A DNA stretch of 64,000 bases from Microcoleaceae cyanobacterium (lineage in GTDB: Bacteria; Cyanobacteriota; Cyanobacteriia; Cyanobacteriales; Microcoleaceae). Positions 1 through 10,267 of this stretch are shown here, in pieces. The position numbers were made by a program, and so were the translations under genes. The DNA lies in the NCBI GenBank assembly GCA_051652765.1, contig JBOFUV010000052.1, positions 62,270 to 126,269 on the forward strand, written 5' to 3'. Positions within the stretch are counted from its first letter, which is position 1. Each line of letters opens with the position of its first letter. The notes under the pieces are model-generated. The model saw only the letters and a list, made by a program, of their open reading frames with translations, was not told where the DNA came from and searched no databases.

Positions 1-282
1 ATTCAGGACTATCGACCCAGTCAAAATCCTCAAGTTCAGCCCCATATTCTAGCCCTGGCAAAATATCGGCAAACTCAAATTGCAGAAACAAAGCTCCAAC
101 AAGGCGATCGCGCTGGTGCGGCCACAATGCTGCAAACGGCGGCAAAAACAGCACTACAAATGGGCGATCAAGGCGCTGCAACCGTACTACAAACAAGCGC
201 TACTCGTCTGCAATCAGGGGAAGAATTATCCGAGAGCGATCGCAAAAAAACCCGCATTGTTTCTAAGACTATTCTGAAGTAG
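1..282 (+). CDS. 3' end of a gene entering from the left, probably the C-terminus of a cyanobacterial vWA-domain protein
   Basis: Frame 1 is open from base 1 to TAG at 280-282: IQDYRPSQNPQVQPHILALAKYRQTQIAETKLQQGDRAGAATMLQTAAKTALQMGD...DRKKTRIVSKTILK*. Family assigned from recall of this conserved C-terminus. Confidence 0.7.
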   Translation: MQDYRPSQNPQVQPHILALAKYRQTQIAETKLQQGDRAGAATMLQTAAKTALQMGDQGAATVLQTSATRLQSGEELSESDRKKTRIVSKTILK

Positions 283-804
283 TTCAAAGTTAGGGATTGA
301 GAATTAGGGGCTGTTATGATCATCCGATCAAGGCTTTGCAAGACTTTTGTAGAAGAAGGGATTCAGGGATGAGGGGTAAAGATGTATGCGTCAATTGGCT
401 TTCTGATTCTCTACTCCCTATCTTTTTGGCAGTCTACTCATCTAAGAATTGCTAATTTTCACAGATCAAAGGTTAATGATAGGTTAACAATGAGTTAATT
501 TTATAACGAGGTTAAATACTGAATTTTTGAGTTGGCAACTTAAGTTCAAATACTCAGCTTATTTTTAAAGCAATTAAGGTAATAGTTAAATTTATTAGTT
601 CTGTCTCTTGAACAAGATTTCTCCGCTAAAATTGAGATGCATCGGTTCATATAATAGTGTTGGCTTGTCAAAGAGTGCTGATACTTACAGCAATTCTTTT
701 GAAGAGCTATCAGGGTGGAATCTACTTTCTCAAAGTACTTGGAGTTATCCAAGCAATTGCTTTGCGTGAATGTTGATGTAAGTTACCCTTGATCTACCCA
801 TTTT

Positions 805-2283
805 ATGCTGAATCTCGATCAGTTCCCTAACACTTCGAACTTACCAAATTCCCGACCTACGCCCCAGAATTTACATCTTGAATCAGCCTTACAGGATTTA
901 TCTCTCTATGATTATCAAGTGGATGCCGAGCAACCTGGCTTGGTTTTAGCGCAGCTTTTTGAGTTGAGTCCCTCCGCCCCAGGAGCAGTCCTGATGAACC
1001 AAGGGGAGTTTCTGGGAATGATCTCTCAACGTCGCTTTTTAGAACGATTAAGTCGCCCCTATGGACGAGAAGTTTTTTTAAAGCGATCGCTGCATATTCT
1101 CTATCAGTTTGCCCAGGCAGATTTACTGATTTTACCGGGAACAATCTTAGTTGTTACCGCAGCCGAGCGAGTCATTCAGCGACCCATTTCAGCTTTGTCT
1201 GAACCTATTGTTGTTCAACTTTCAGATCACGATTATCGACTGATTGACGCACAGCAAGTGCTCATTGCCCAGTCCTGTATTCACCAACTGGCGACTGAAC
1301 TTCTGCGTCAACATACTCAAGCTCAACTGATTCAATCTGAGAAATTAGCAACATTAGGTCAGCTCTTAGCAGGAGTTGCCCATGATATTAGAAACCCGGT
1401 GTCTTGTATTGCAGGAAATGCAACTTGCTTAACCAATTATTGCAAAGACTTAGTCGGTCTAACCCAAGTTTATGAAACCGCACACTCTGAAATTAACGAC
1501 CAGGTATTAGAATACAAGGAAGAGATCGAGTTTGACTTACTCAAGCAGGACTTGCCCGAGGTCTTAAAGAGTATTAATGTCTCAGTTTCTCGGCTCAATC
1601 ATTTGGTTGAAAGCTTACGGGTTTTCTCTCGGCCAGATACCCTCAAACGAGAGCGTACCGATATTCATGAATGTTTAGACAATACGCTGCTGATTTTACA
1701 GAATCGTCTCAAAGACAGAGTCAAGATCAATCGAGATTATGGCAAACTTCCCACGCTCTATTGCTATCCCAATCAATTGAGTCAAGTTTTTATGAACTTG
1801 ATTATCAACGCCGTAGATGCCTTGGAAGAAACCGATAAAGCTCAGAAAAAATCAGGGAAGATTTGGATCAAGACTGAGTTGCGAAGTTCTTCTCTTGAGG
1901 AAAAGGAGAGCATGAATCTTATTTTAGTAGAAGAGATGAATAGCTTGATGGCGGCGCAGTCAGAGAGCTATGGAGACTATTCCTCTGATATTGCTGTAGA
2001 TCATCAAACTCAATCCGTTTCTCGAGAGGCTGAACTTGCCAAAGATTACTCCTGTTGCATCTCAGTGCAGATTCGGGATAATGGCCCAGGAATTCCCTCG
2101 GAAATTCAGCATCGTATTTTTGAGAACTTTTTTACCACAAAATCTCCAAGTCGAGGAACAGGGTTGGGCTTAAGCATGAGCTATCAGATTATTGCTGAAA
2201 AGCATCACGGCAGAATCAATCTCAAATCCAAAGTTGGCAAAGGGACTGAATTTGAGGTTTTACTCCCTTTGCTTTACAACTAG
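805..2283 (+). CDS. Cytoplasmic sensor histidine kinase (CBS-like N-terminus, HisKA, HATPase)
   Basis: H-box EKLATLGQLLAGVAHDIRNP, N-box QVFMNLIINAVDA, G1 DNGPGI, F-box FFTTK, G2 GTGLGL; no transmembrane segment seen. Confidence 0.9.
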   Translation: MLNLDQFPNTSNLPNSRPTPQNLHLESALQDLSLYDYQVDAEQPGLVLAQLFELSPSAPGAVLMNQGEFLGMISQRRFLERLSRPYGREVFLKRSLHILYQFAQADLLILPGTILVVTAAERVIQRPISALSEPIVVQLSDHDYRLIDAQQVLIAQSCIHQLATELLRQHTQAQLIQSEKLATLGQLLAGVAHDIRNPVSCIAGNATCLTNYCKDLVGLTQVYETAHSEINDQVLEYKEEIEFDLLKQDLPEVLKSINVSVSRLNHLVESLRVFSRPDTLKRERTDIHECLDNTLLILQNRLKDRVKINRDYGKLPTLYCYPNQLSQVFMNLIINAVDALEETDKAQKKSGKIWIKTELRSSSLEEKESMNLILVEEMNSLMAAQSESYGDYSSDIAVDHQTQSVSREAELAKDYSCCISVQIRDNGPGIPSEIQHRIFENFFTTKSPSRGTGLGLSMSYQIIAEKHHGRINLKSKVGKGTEFEVLLPLLYN

Positions 2284-2490
2284 ATAGGGTTCAGATTGCA
2301 GCCTCAACTGCAAAATCCTTGATCTAATCAAAGTGGATTTAGGATCATGTACCTTTTCGAGGTTACTCAAAACGTCTCACGATGGTAGTAGTGGGTCATT
2401 TTTACCTACTCCTCTCAACCCAGGGCACGATGGTGCGCTAACATTATTGTTAGTGATAGCTCGTGAATTTTTTTGACTAACTGCCAATCA

Positions 2491-4119
2491 ATGACTACAG
2501 AAATCCAAGCTGAACTCCAAACTGAAGTTGAACGGCGGCGTAATTTTGCAATTATTTCTCACCCGGATGCTGGGAAAACGACATTAACGGAAAAGCTACT
2601 GCTCTACGGAGGCGCGATCCATGAGGCAGGAGCAGTGAAAGCCCGACGAGCCCAGCGTCATGCTACTTCAGACTGGATGGCGATGGAACAGCAGCGGGGA
2701 ATTTCTATCACCTCAACGGTGCTACAGTTCGAATACTTGGGTCAGCAGATTAATCTACTCGATACCCCTGGACACCAAGATTTTAGTGAAGACACCTACC
2801 GAACCCTGGCTGCCGCCGACAATGCAGTGATGCTAGAAGATGCAGCAAAAGGATTAGAGCCTCAAACTCGCAAACTGTTTGAAGTCTGCAAAATGCGGGG
2901 TTTGCCCATCTTTACCTTTATCAACAAGATGGATCGACCGGGGCGAGATCCTCTGGAGCTACTGGATGAGATTGAAAAAGAACTGGGTTTAATTCCCTAC
3001 GCCGTGAATTGGCCTATTGGTATGGGCGATCGCTTCAAGGGCGTTTTTGATCGCCGCCGTCAGCAAATTCACCTATTTGAACGGTCTAAACATGGCACCA
3101 AAGCAGCACTGGATACGGTTATTAGTTTAGGAGATCCGAAGATTGAAGCGTTGTTAGAACAGGATCTTTACTATCAACTCAAAGAAGAATTAGAACTCTT
3201 GGATGAATTAGGGACAGAATTAGATCTAGACCAAGTTCATCAAGGCAAAATGACCCCGATTTTCTTCGGGAGTGCCATGACCAATTTTGGCGTGAAATTA
3301 TTTTTAGAAGCATTTTTAGATTACGCTTTGAAACCCGGTGTTCACAGCAGTAGCATTGGAGACGTTGAACCAGACTATCCAGAATTCACCGGATTTATCT
3401 TCAAGCTCCAAGCCAACATGGATCCTAAACACCGCGACCGGGTTGCCTTTGTCCGGGTCTGTACAGGCCGATTTGAAAAGGACATGACGGTGAATCATGC
3501 CCGCACTGGAAAAACCGTTCGTCTCTCCCGTCCGCAGAAGCTATTTGCTCAAGATCGGGAGTCCGTTGAGGTTGCTTATCCAGGAGATGTGATTGGACTG
3601 AATAACCCAGGTGTTTTTGCTATTGGTGACACCATCTACAATGGAAAACATTTAGAGTACGAAGGAATTCCCTGCTTTTCTCCTGAACTCTTTGCCTACT
3701 TGAGAAATCCTAATCCTTCTAAATTTAAACAGTTTCGCAAGGGTGTTTCAGAACTCCGAGAAGAAGGCGCAGTTCAAATCATGTATTCCGTGGATGAGGC
3801 CAAGCGCGATCCGATTTTAGCGGCTATTGGTCAGCTACAGTTTGAAGTTGTACAATTCCGTTTACAGAATGAGTATGGCGTTGAAACCCATACAGAGCTT
3901 TTGCCCTATACGGTTGCTCGTTGGGTGGGGGGGAGTTGGGAAGCGCTAGAAAAGGTAGGGCGTTTATTTAATACAGTTACTGTCAAGGACAGTTGGGGGA
4001 GGCCCGTTCTACTCTTCAGAAATGAGTGGAACTGTCGGCAAGTCGAAGGCGAACATCCTGAACTAGACCTGAGAACAATCGCTCCGGTTATTTCTGGTCA
4101 AGAACCGGAATCTTTGTAA
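2491..4119 (+). CDS. prfC: Peptide chain release factor 3
   Basis: [51 protein letters not shown] at 2491 preferred over TTG at 2473. Confidence 0.97.
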   Translation: MTTEIQAELQTEVERRRNFAIISHPDAGKTTLTEKLLLYGGAIHEAGAVKARRAQRHATSDWMAMEQQRGISITSTVLQFEYLGQQINLLDTPGHQDFSEDTYRTLAAADNAVMLEDAAKGLEPQTRKLFEVCKMRGLPIFTFINKMDRPGRDPLELLDEIEKELGLIPYAVNWPIGMGDRFKGVFDRRRQQIHLFERSKHGTKAALDTVISLGDPKIEALLEQDLYYQLKEELELLDELGTELDLDQVHQGKMTPIFFGSAMTNFGVKLFLEAFLDYALKPGVHSSSIGDVEPDYPEFTGFIFKLQANMDPKHRDRVAFVRVCTGRFEKDMTVNHARTGKTVRLSRPQKLFAQDRESVEVAYPGDVIGLNNPGVFAIGDTIYNGKHLEYEGIPCFSPELFAYLRNPNPSKFKQFRKGVSELREEGAVQIMYSVDEAKRDPILAAIGQLQFEVVQFRLQNEYGVETHTELLPYTVARWVGGSWEALEKVGRLFNTVTVKDSWGRPVLLFRNEWNCRQVEGEHPELDLRTIAPVISGQEPESL

Positions 4120-4146
4120 GCATAAAATCAATACGCTGAGTTCTAG

Positions 4147-5676
4147 TCAAGCCAACCGATCAATGGTGCGGTATTGAATGGCCTCAGCAATGTAAGACGG
4201 TTTAATTTGATCTTCCCCCACTAGGTCAGCAATCGTCCGAGCCACTTTAAGAATGCGATCGCTGGCCCGTGCTGAGAGTCCCAACTTCCGAATCGCGGCT
4301 TCTAACAGTTGACAACTGGCATCGTCGAGTTGGCACCAGCGACGAATATGGCGACTGCCCATTTCAGCATTGCACTGTAAACCCGGTTCCTGCTGAAAGC
4401 GAGCATGGGCGCGATCGCGTCCCTGTTGAACTCGCTCTCGGATGGTTGTCGAGTCTTCCCCTTGGAGGTTTTGGGTGATTTCCTCTGGCTTCAAGCGATT
4501 TACCCCCACTTGTAAATCAATTCGATCCATCAACGGCCCCGATAGCTTGGCCCAATATTGGACTCGCTGGCGGGGAGAACAGGTACAGGCTTGAATCGGA
4601 TCACCGTAATACCCACAAGGACAGGGATTGGTGCTAGCAACCAGGGTAAATTGGGCGGGGAACACAACGGATTGGCGGGTACGGGTTACGGTCACAAAAC
4701 CATCTTCCAAGGGCTGCCGGAGAAACTCCAACACATCCCGTTTAAATTCGGTCAACTCATCCAAGAACAAAATGCCCCGATGGGACAGAGAAATTTCTCC
4801 AGGTCGGGGATAGGTACCTCCGCCTACCAAAGATGGGCCAGAGGCTGAATGATGGGGACTGCGAAAGGGGCGATCGCGCATCAGAGTTCCCCGATTTTTC
4901 AGTAGTCCTGCCACAGAATGAATGCGGGTGACTTCCAGGGCTTCATCAAACGTTAAGGGAGGTAAAATCCCCGGCAAACGCCTTGCCAACATCGTTTTGC
5001 CGCTGCCTGGAGGCCCCACAAAAACAAGATTGTGTCCCCCCGTTGCCGCAATTTCCAAGGCCCGTCGCCCGTGGCTCTGTCCTTTAACGTCCTTTAAATC
5101 CAGGTTAAAGGGCTGAGGGTGGGTTGCAGACACTTGGCGATCAAAGGCCAAGGGCTGCCAACGGTGGGGATGGTTGAGGAAATCGGTCACTTCAATAATT
5201 GTTTTGAAGCCATAGACCGACAATCCCTGAACAACTGCTGCTTCCTGAGCATTATCTTCAGGAACAATGATCCCAGAAATTCCCAGTTGTTGGGCAGCAG
5301 CAGCAATTGGCAAAACTCCAGCTACCGGGCGCAAGCCGCCATCGAGGGAAACTTCCCCCAGAAATAGAAACTCCCCGAGCAGTTCATGACTCACCTGTTC
5401 AGAGGCCGCTAGAATCCCAACACTAATCGGCAAATCAAAACTTGGCCCCTCTTTTCGCAGGTCTGCCGGAGTCAGATTGACCACAATATTGCCCATGGGG
5501 AAGGCATATCCGGCGTTCTTCAAGGTGGCCTTGACCCGTTCCCTGGATTCTTGAATGGCCATGTCTGGGAGTCCAAGCACCACAATTTTAGGTAGCCCTC
5601 CAGAGATATCGACCTCCACTCCAACTTTAACCGCGTCAATGCCGACAATTGTGGCACTCCAAACCCTGGCTAGCAT
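4147..5676 (-). CDS. comM: YifB/ComM family Mg-chelatase-like AAA+ ATPase
   Basis: VNLTPADLRKEGPSFDLPI, GPPGSGKTMLA, RPFRSPHHS, LFLDEL, NPCPCG Zn motif. Confidence 0.93.
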   Translation of the reverse strand: MLARVWSATIVGIDAVKVGVEVDISGGLPKIVVLGLPDMAIQESRERVKATLKNAGYAFPMGNIVVNLTPADLRKEGPSFDLPISVGILAASEQVSHELLGEFLFLGEVSLDGGLRPVAGVLPIAAAAQQLGISGIIVPEDNAQEAAVVQGLSVYGFKTIIEVTDFLNHPHRWQPLAFDRQVSATHPQPFNLDLKDVKGQSHGRRALEIAATGGHNLVFVGPPGSGKTMLARRLPGILPPLTFDEALEVTRIHSVAGLLKNRGTLMRDRPFRSPHHSASGPSLVGGGTYPRPGEISLSHRGILFLDELTEFKRDVLEFLRQPLEDGFVTVTRTRQSVVFPAQFTLVASTNPCPCGYYGDPIQACTCSPRQRVQYWAKLSGPLMDRIDLQVGVNRLKPEEITQNLQGEDSTTIRERVQQGRDRAHARFQQEPGLQCNAEMGSRHIRRWCQLDDASCQLLEAAIRKLGLSARASDRILKVARTIADLVGEDQIKPSYIAEAIQYRTIDRLA

Positions 5677-5801
5677 TGCTTCAATGTTGATGAACAGTTC
5701 TAGGCTCCATCATGGCACAGGGAAAGGGCAGCGACTATCCCATCAGTTTTGACACTTGTCCTTCAATGGTCTACAGTTCCTAGGAAAAAGCTTGCACTAA
5801 T

Positions 5802-6860
5802 ATGAAAAATCTACAGGTAAAAAATCTACAGGAACTTCAAGCCTCAGCCGGAGCAATTTTTGATCAGAACAGCGGCATTCCGATCAGTTTTGGAAATGAT
5901 CCGTTGGCAATGCAAGCCGTTCAATCTGGCGTTACAGTCTGCGATCGCTCCCATGGCGGACTATTACAAATTTCCGGGGAAGATCGGTTGCGATTTTTAC
6001 ACAATCAAAGCACAAATGCAATTCAAACCCTCAAACCAGGGCAAGGTTGTGACACCGTGTTTGTCACCTCTACTGCTCGAACCCTTGATTTGGCAACGGT
6101 TTATGTGACTGAGACAGCACTGTTAATCCTTGTTTCACAAAGTCGTCGGCAGCAGCTTTTAAAGCTACTGGACAAATACATTTTTCCAATGGATCGAATT
6201 GAACTCAAAGATGTTAGTCAAGCGTATGTTGTATTCAATTTGATCGGTTCCAATAGTATTCAATTATTGGAAAAATTGGGAATTAATCTTGAGGAAAAAT
6301 CCTACGGCAGTCATCAGACTGTTATCGTTGAAAATATTCCCATTCGAGTTGCTACGGGCAACGGTTTAGCGATAGATGGCTATACAATCATCCTTGAAGT
6401 AGAAAAAGCCGGAATCTTTTGGGAGATCTTGACAACTCAAGGGGCAATTCCTCTAGGAGAAAACGTTTGGGAAAATCTGCGAATTCAACAGGGGCGACCG
6501 ATGCCCGATCTTGAACTGACGGAAGATTATAATCCTCTAGAAGCTGGACTTTGGCACACAATTTCCTTTGACAAAGGCTGTTATATTGGGCAGGAAACTA
6601 TTGCTCGATTGAACACGTACAAAGGGGTTAAACAGCGGCTATTTGGCATTCAGTTAACTGCTCCTGTTTCCCCTGGAACAGTAATTCGAGTTGGGGATGA
6701 AAAAGTCGGAATGCTCACGAGTTACACAGAGATTGATCAAAGACATTTTGGCCTCGGTTATATTCGCACTAAAGCAGGAGGAGTTGGGCTGAGCGTTGAC
6801 GTTGGAGATGTTTCTGGGGAAGTAGTTAAAGTTCCTTACCTCAATCATCCTTTAGAATAG
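5802..6860 (+). CDS. ygfZ: Folate-binding YgfZ/GcvT-family protein
   Basis: Signature KGCYIGQETIAR; GEDRLRFLHNQSTN. Confidence 0.9.
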   Translation: MKNLQVKNLQELQASAGAIFDQNSGIPISFGNDPLAMQAVQSGVTVCDRSHGGLLQISGEDRLRFLHNQSTNAIQTLKPGQGCDTVFVTSTARTLDLATVYVTETALLILVSQSRRQQLLKLLDKYIFPMDRIELKDVSQAYVVFNLIGSNSIQLLEKLGINLEEKSYGSHQTVIVENIPIRVATGNGLAIDGYTIILEVEKAGIFWEILTTQGAIPLGENVWENLRIQQGRPMPDLELTEDYNPLEAGLWHTISFDKGCYIGQETIARLNTYKGVKQRLFGIQLTAPVSPGTVIRVGDEKVGMLTSYTEIDQRHFGLGYIRTKAGGVGLSVDVGDVSGEVVKVPYLNHPLE

Positions 6861-6907
6861 CTCCTAAGACATTACTGAAAATTATTACCAAAAGGCATGA
6901 TTAAAGT

Positions 6908-7150
6908 TTATATAAACTGCTGAATTAACCTTGGAATCTCTTTTGGATCAACGCGATCGCACCAGACTTTTTCAGGCAAGATTAAAATCATTGGCCCACT
7001 GCCACATTTTCCCAAACATCCGGTTCCTTGAACGGTCAAATCTGGACTTGATAGTGCTTGAAAGGTTTCTAAAACTTTGACCGAACCCTGCTTTCGACAG
7101 GTTCGATTTTGGCAAATGAGAATCTGTTTATGTGAGCAGTTGCTTTGCAT
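6908..7150 (-). CDS. Thioredoxin-like [2Fe-2S] ferredoxin
   Basis: CQNRTC...GCLGKCGSGP four-Cys pattern. Confidence 0.85.
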   Translation of the reverse strand: MQSNCSHKQILICQNRTCRKQGSVKVLETFQALSSPDLTVQGTGCLGKCGSGPMILILPEKVWCDRVDPKEIPRLIQQFI

Positions 7151-7238
7151 TAGAATAAAAAATGTAAACTTCTATAAATCTAGCTAAATTAGTCTGGTTA
7201 TCTATCAAACTACGGATTAGAATAATACACCTTATCGG

Positions 7239-10200
7239 ATGAGTGAAGGCGGAACAATGGTAACAACAGGATTAGTGCAAACCGTTATTCAAGCCATGAT
7301 TCAGACAAAGTACCAGACGCCACTTTCACTTCTCTTTCAAGGGGGTCTATCTTGTTGGGTTTTAGGAATTACTTCTGTTCCGACTCACGCTCAAATTGTG
7401 CCTGATCGCACTCTCCCTAGCAACACAATTATTACCCCTAATGGAACTCTAATTAAAATTGAGGGGGGTACTCAAACTGGAAGCAATTTGTTTCATAGCT
7501 TTCAGGAATTTTCAGTGAATACAGGAACCACAGCCTTTTTTAATAATGTTCCAGAAATTCAAAATATTATCAGTCGAGTCACAGGAAGTAACCTTTCTAA
7601 TATTGATGGTTTGATTCAGGCCAATGGGATGGCGAATTTATACCTACTCAATCCGAATGGAATTATTTTCGGCCCCAATGCTCAACTGAATATCGGCGGT
7701 TCCTTCATCGGCAGTACGGCGGATCGAGTTCTGTTCAATGATGGGACGACCTTTAATGCGGTCAATCCCTCAGCCAATCCCTTACTGACCGTGAATGTTC
7801 CTGTGGGGCTCCAATTGGGGGCCACATCACCCACCATTGTTAACCGCTCTCAAGCCATGGGCATCGGTTTAGACGGAATGCCCACAACAACTGGACTCCA
7901 GGTGCAACCGGGACAGGCGATCGTCCTGATTGGCGGCAATGTCAGTTTAGAGGGGGGGTACTTAACGGCCTTTGATGGTCGGATTGAATTGGGAGCGTTG
8001 CAGAATGGAATCTGGCCGTTAGATGCAGGGATGCCCGTGCAAGCCACTCAGATTCAATTTAACTCTCTTCAACCCTCAGACCTGCAACCGACTCAAACCG
8101 GACAGATTCAGCTTTTTGGCGGCAGTCAAGTGAATACCAGTGGCGCAAGTGGCGGTGAAATTCGAGTTCAGGGGGACACGGTTTTTTTAACCGAAGGCTC
8201 AAGTTTCACAGCTAATACCTTTGGCCCATTCAGTGGGGGTGGGGTTAACATCCAAGCCTCCCGGCTCCGCCTGCAAAATCGAGCGTTCGTTTCAGCTTCA
8301 ACCTTCCTCGATTCTGGGGATGCTGGAGGAATTACCGTCAACGCCAACCGAGTGGAGCTGATTGGCGTTGCTCCCTTTCAGTTGATTGAGCAGTTGCTCT
8401 CCCTGGTCAATCCTGATCCTGCCGGAACAGGGTTCGATCCAACCCAGCCTCAAGACGGTCTTTATAGTTTCAGTGGGGGGTCTGGAAAAGCTGGAGACAT
8501 CGTGATTAATGCTAATCAATTAATTGTCAGCAATGGGACAGGTATTGCAACAACGGCCCTGCTGGAGGGCCAGGGTGGGAACTTACAATTAAACATTGCC
8601 CAAGTCGCAGACCTACAAGGCGGTTCAATTCTACTGACAGGGTCAGCAGGGTCTGGGGCTTCTGGAAATTTTGTGCTGAATACCCCACAACTCTGGGTGT
8701 TAAATGGAACTGTTCTGACAACGGCCACCATTAACCAAGACAACCCAGCTCTAGGCGGAGATATTATCATCAATGCTGATCAGATTGAACTGCGAGGAAC
8801 CCCTGGGGGAGCCATCACTCCAGGAGGAGTGTTCGCCACAACTTTGGGGCTAGGAAATGCTGGAGATTTGACGATCAATTCCCGTCAGTTAACCGTTGCC
8901 GATGGGGCGCAAGTGTCAGCCTCATCCTCGGGGGCTGGACAGGGGGGTAACCTCACGGTTAATGCCGAGTTCATTGAACTCTCTGGATTGTCTCCCGATG
9001 GTCGATTTCTGAGTGGGTTGCTCACGTCTTCTTCTTTGCTTACGGTGCAAGGACGACGAGGAACAGCGGGAGCAGGGAACTTAACGGTTGATACCAACCG
9101 TTTGGTACTGCAAAATGGAGCGCAAATTTCAGCAGCAACGGGAGGAGAAGGGGAAGCCGGGGACTTAAGGATTCGGGCCACTGAATCCCTGGAAGTCAGT
9201 GGATTTGCGACCAATGTTGACCCGTCGGTAGAAAAGGTTTCCTTTGGTGTGATCGGGGATGGGATTATTCCCACAGCGATTGAGTCCAACACTAGTGGAT
9301 CAGGCACTGCCGGAGACTTAACTATTCAAACGGGTCAGTTAATGGTTCGGGATGGAGCCGAGATTGGAGTTCGGGGAACAGGGATAGGATCGGCGGGAAA
9401 CTTGACCGTGAGCGCAAATTCAATTCGCTTGAGTAATGCCGGAACCCTCAGTGCCGCCACCAATTCAGGAACCCAGGGAAATATCGTTCTCCAGGCTAGA
9501 GAAGTTGAACTGCGTCAGGGCAGCCGAATTTCCACCAATTCTAGAACAGCAAATGGGGGCAATATTACAATGGCTACTGACCTAGTTCTTGCCCTCGAAA
9601 ACAGCGATATCACTGCCAATGCGGAGCAAGGTCAGGGAGGAAGGGTGGTAATCAGTGCTCAAGGCATTTTAGGAACCCAGTTTCAGGAGCAACAAACCCC
9701 TGCAAGCGATATCACTGCCACGAGTGAACTGGGAGCAGAATTCAGTGGCATCGTCGAGATCAACCGTCCTGAGGCCGATCCCAGTGCAGGGTTGGTCGAT
9801 TTGCCAGACGAAGTGATTGATCCAGCTACGTTGGTGATTGCGAGTTGTGACAGCTACGCCGGAAGTGAATTTACCCTCGTGGGTCGGGGCGGCTTACCCC
9901 CCAGTCCTAACGATGCCTTCACCAGTAGCGGACTGGTTATCGGCTGGATTGACTGGGTCGAAAGGGAACATAGCCAGATGCCAGAGCACCAGGAGCAGGA
10001 ACCAACAGGTTTTAACCCATCTTCTCACCCAGGAACAGACAGTTCTTTAGACCGTTCTTTAAGTCTGAACAGCCAACCTCATCCCCAATCCCCCAGCCTT
10101 AAACCCTTATCAGTCTTAATAGAAGCTCAGGGATGGGTATTTCAACCCGACGGAACCGTTGAACTTGTGGCTCGTCCAGAACAAGCCACACTACAACGCT

Positions 10201-10262
10201 CAGGGTTCAATCCGCAGGATTGTCAAGCCCAGGGGATGTCGGATTCAGAAACTTCACCCTAG
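7239..10262 (+). CDS. Filamentous haemagglutinin (TPS) N-terminal-domain beta-helical exoprotein; start uncertain
   Basis: AQIVPD, NLFHSFQEFSV, NLYLLNPNGIIFG, repeated G-x-A-G-[DN]-[LI]-x-[IV] units, C-terminal GRGGLP and EAQGW motifs. Confidence 0.9.
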   Translation: MSEGGTMVTTGLVQTVIQAMIQTKYQTPLSLLFQGGLSCWVLGITSVPTHAQIVPDRTLPSNTIITPNGTLIKIEGGTQTGSNLFHSFQEFSVNTGTTAFFNNVPEIQNIISRVTGSNLSNIDGLIQANGMANLYLLNPNGIIFGPNAQLNIGGSFIGSTADRVLFNDGTTFNAVNPSANPLLTVNVPVGLQLGATSPTIVNRSQAMGIGLDGMPTTTGLQVQPGQAIVLIGGNVSLEGGYLTAFDGRIELGALQNGIWPLDAGMPVQATQIQFNSLQPSDLQPTQTGQIQLFGGSQVNTSGASGGEIRVQGDTVFLTEGSSFTANTFGPFSGGGVNIQASRLRLQNRAFVSASTFLDSGDAGGITVNANRVELIGVAPFQLIEQLLSLVNPDPAGTGFDPTQPQDGLYSFSGGSGKAGDIVINANQLIVSNGTGIATTALLEGQGGNLQLNIAQVADLQGGSILLTGSAGSGASGNFVLNTPQLWVLNGTVLTTATINQDNPALGGDIIINADQIELRGTPGGAITPGGVFATTLGLGNAGDLTINSRQLTVADGAQVSASSSGAGQGGNLTVNAEFIELSGLSPDGRFLSGLLTSSSLLTVQGRRGTAGAGNLTVDTNRLVLQNGAQISAATGGEGEAGDLRIRATESLEVSGFATNVDPSVEKVSFGVIGDGIIPTAIESNTSGSGTAGDLTIQTGQLMVRDGAEIGVRGTGIGSAGNLTVSANSIRLSNAGTLSAATNSGTQGNIVLQAREVELRQGSRISTNSRTANGGNITMATDLVLALENSDITANAEQGQGGRVVISAQGILGTQFQEQQTPASDITATSELGAEFSGIVEINRPEADPSAGLVDLPDEVIDPATLVIASCDSYAGSEFTLVGRGGLPPSPNDAFTSSGLVIGWIDWVEREHSQMPEHQEQEPTGFNPSSHPGTDSSLDRSLSLNSQPHPQSPSLKPLSVLIEAQGWVFQPDGTVELVARPEQATLQRSGFNPQDCQAQGMSDSETSP

Positions 10263-10267
10263 AACTT

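Noticed and set aside
80..277. 65-aa ORF in the track
   Set aside because: Off-frame shadow of the frame-1 coding sequence ending at 282
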